From a virus: a DNA stretch of 64,000 bases. A program made the translations under genes and the position numbers. Below, in pieces: positions 62,732 to 64,000 of this stretch; position 1 is the stretch's first letter, and every line of letters starts with the position of its first letter. The DNA is taken from IMG/VR virus record IMGVR_UViG_3300034389_000010, positions 1-64,000 of that record, one strand, 5' to 3'. The notes below the pieces were generated by a model that was given only the letters and a program-made list of their open reading frames with translations, made no database searches and had not been told where the DNA came from.

Positions 62732-64000
62732 AGGGCGGCTGCCTTGGCGACCACCTCACGGGCTCCATTGGAGTCCATCGGCGTGATGATCCCCTCCAGC
62801 TCCATCCGCTCGATCATCCGGGCGGCGCGGTTGTAGCCGATCAGCAGGCCGCGCTGCACGACACTGATGGATGCCCGGCCGGTCTTGCGAACCACGGCTA
62901 CGGCCTGGGCATACATGGGGTCGTTCTCGTCGCCGGTCTCCAGGGCGGGCTCGGTCTGGCCCTGGTCGGCGAAGGCATCCAGCTGCTCCTCGCGCACCTC
63001 ACGGCGTGGCTTGGTGACCAGCTCGACGGTGACGCGCTCGGCGGTGGCGCGCTGAGTGGTCGTCAGCGGCACCAGCTCGACCGCGTCGCCATCCAGGCCT
63101 TGCGGCAGCTCCTCGCCACCCAGGGCCTCGACCAGCTGGGGCAGGAACTCCAGCAGGGTCATGCACATGAGCACGAAGCTTGCGTCGAACTGAGCGGCCG
63201 CATCCTCGCCGCCATCGGCCTCGGCCTGGTCCTGCAGCAGATCCTCGAAGCGCAGGCGGGTCACCTGGGCCTTGTCATTCAGAACGAACGACAGCTTGTC
63301 CTGCCAGGCCAGGGACAGCTTGCTGACCAGCTTGCCGGCGCCCAGGTGGTTCTGGATCTCGTCGCTGGTGAGGTCTTGGCCGGTGGCCACCACCTTGCCG
63401 CCCTCGTCACCTGCATCGACCAGGCTGGCCTGATCCAGGATGTACAGCCCGTGGGTGGCGTCGCCGGCCTTGACCCAGTCGGTCATGGTGGCGGTCGGCG
63501 CCTGCTTCACGCCCAGCGGCCGCACCGGTAGCGAGCCCAGGGCGTCGCGCAGGGTGGACAGCAGATCCTCGGCCACCTTGGGGCTGCTCGCGTCCACCAG
63601 GATCAGACCAGCCTGGGGCAGGATCGCGGCGAAGGTGGTGCGGCGCTTGATGAAAGCGCGCGGCAGGAAGGCCTGCACGATCTCGTCTTTGATCTGCTCC
63701 TTTTCCTTCTTGTAGACCTTGCGCATCTGCTGGGTCTCGATCTCGTCCACCTTCTCCTGGACGGCTTCCTTGACCACGTTGCTCGGCAGGATGCGCTCCT
63801 CCTTGCGGGCGGCGATCAGGGTGTAGCCGTGGGCGTGGTGCGCCAGGGTCTCGCCACCCTTGAGCGGGGAAACGAACCCATAGGTGGACAGCTCCTGGCT
63901 GGCGCAGGGGCGCGCGGGCTTCGCCTGCAGAGCGGCCTCCAGGGTGTCGATGGTCAGGTCGATGGATTGGGTCAGGCGGAAAACCAGCAGATTCTTAAAC
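62728..64000 (-). CDS. rdgC: RdgC with fused C-terminal FtsK-gamma domain (5' truncated by window)
   Basis: Frame open to window end (FKNLLVFRL), EER.LP..VV, LPRAF, LR..LGSLPV; tail DP.Y..AV...[21 protein letters not shown]. Confidence 0.9.
   Translation of the reverse strand, partial: FKNLLVFRLTQSIDLTIDTLEAALQAKPARPCASQELSTYGFVSPLKGGETLAHHAHGYTLIAARKEERILPSNVVKEAVQEKVDEIETQQMRKVYKKEKEQIKDEIVQAFLPRAFIKRRTTFAAILPQAGLILVDASSPKVAEDLLSTLRDALGSLPVRPLGVKQAPTATMTDWVKAGDATHGLYILDQASLVDAGDEGGKVVATGQDLTSDEIQNHLGAGKLVSKLSLAWQDKLSFVLNDKAQVTRLRFEDLLQDQAEADGGEDAAAQFDASFVLMCMTLLEFLPQLVEALGGEELPQGLDGDAVELVPLTTTQRATAERVTVELVTKPRREVREEQLDAFADQGQTEPALETGDENDPMYAQAVAVVRKTGRASISVVQRGLLIGYNRAARMIERMELEGIITPMDSNGAREVVAKAAAL

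Noticed and set aside
1-64000. CRISPR array, tRNA, rRNA, integrase, transposase, reverse transcriptase, replicase
   Set aside because: None recognised by eye; a tRNAscan/HMM run would be needed to exclude them fully

Overview
This window is a 64-kb, high-GC part of a P1-like (Punavirus-type architecture) myovirus that probably replicates as a phage-plasmid. The host is probably Pseudomonas or a relative, inferred from codon style and from the dif and LexA sequences. About 4-53 kb is a + strand virion/lysis region. It contains a PacB-like terminase, portal, prohead protease, tape measure-transglycosylase, baseplate, an SGNH esterase, a tail fibre with chaperone, Hdf/DarA/DdrB-like and polyvalent head-cargo proteins, capsid, sheath, tube, holin, endolysin and spanins. 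It is interrupted by an MqsRA module, a candidate sRNA and a low-GC O-acyltransferase moron. 54-64 kb is a mostly - strand early/accessory region with a XerC/D dif-like site, a LexA-boxed gene, AbrB/PIN TA, ParA plus an RHH partner, and an RdgC-FtsK-gamma fusion that runs off the window end. No replicase, integrase, Cre/lox, Cin invertase or small terminase is visible. The strongest unannotated signals are: (1) 14 copies of a (C)GGAAAG-N29-NANNNT late-promoter element; (2) a shared ~45-aa N-terminal tag on three consecutive giant cargo proteins, plus clustered hydrophobic-Asp-small motifs that look like Asp-specific maturation sites; (3) a dif-like site co-occurring with an FtsK-gamma-fused RdgC; (4) a repeated CCAGGACATCACCATG start-associated sequence; (5) a structured ~125-nt RNA with an ANGGAN loop. 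All protein assignments come from motif recognition by eye; no database search was run.
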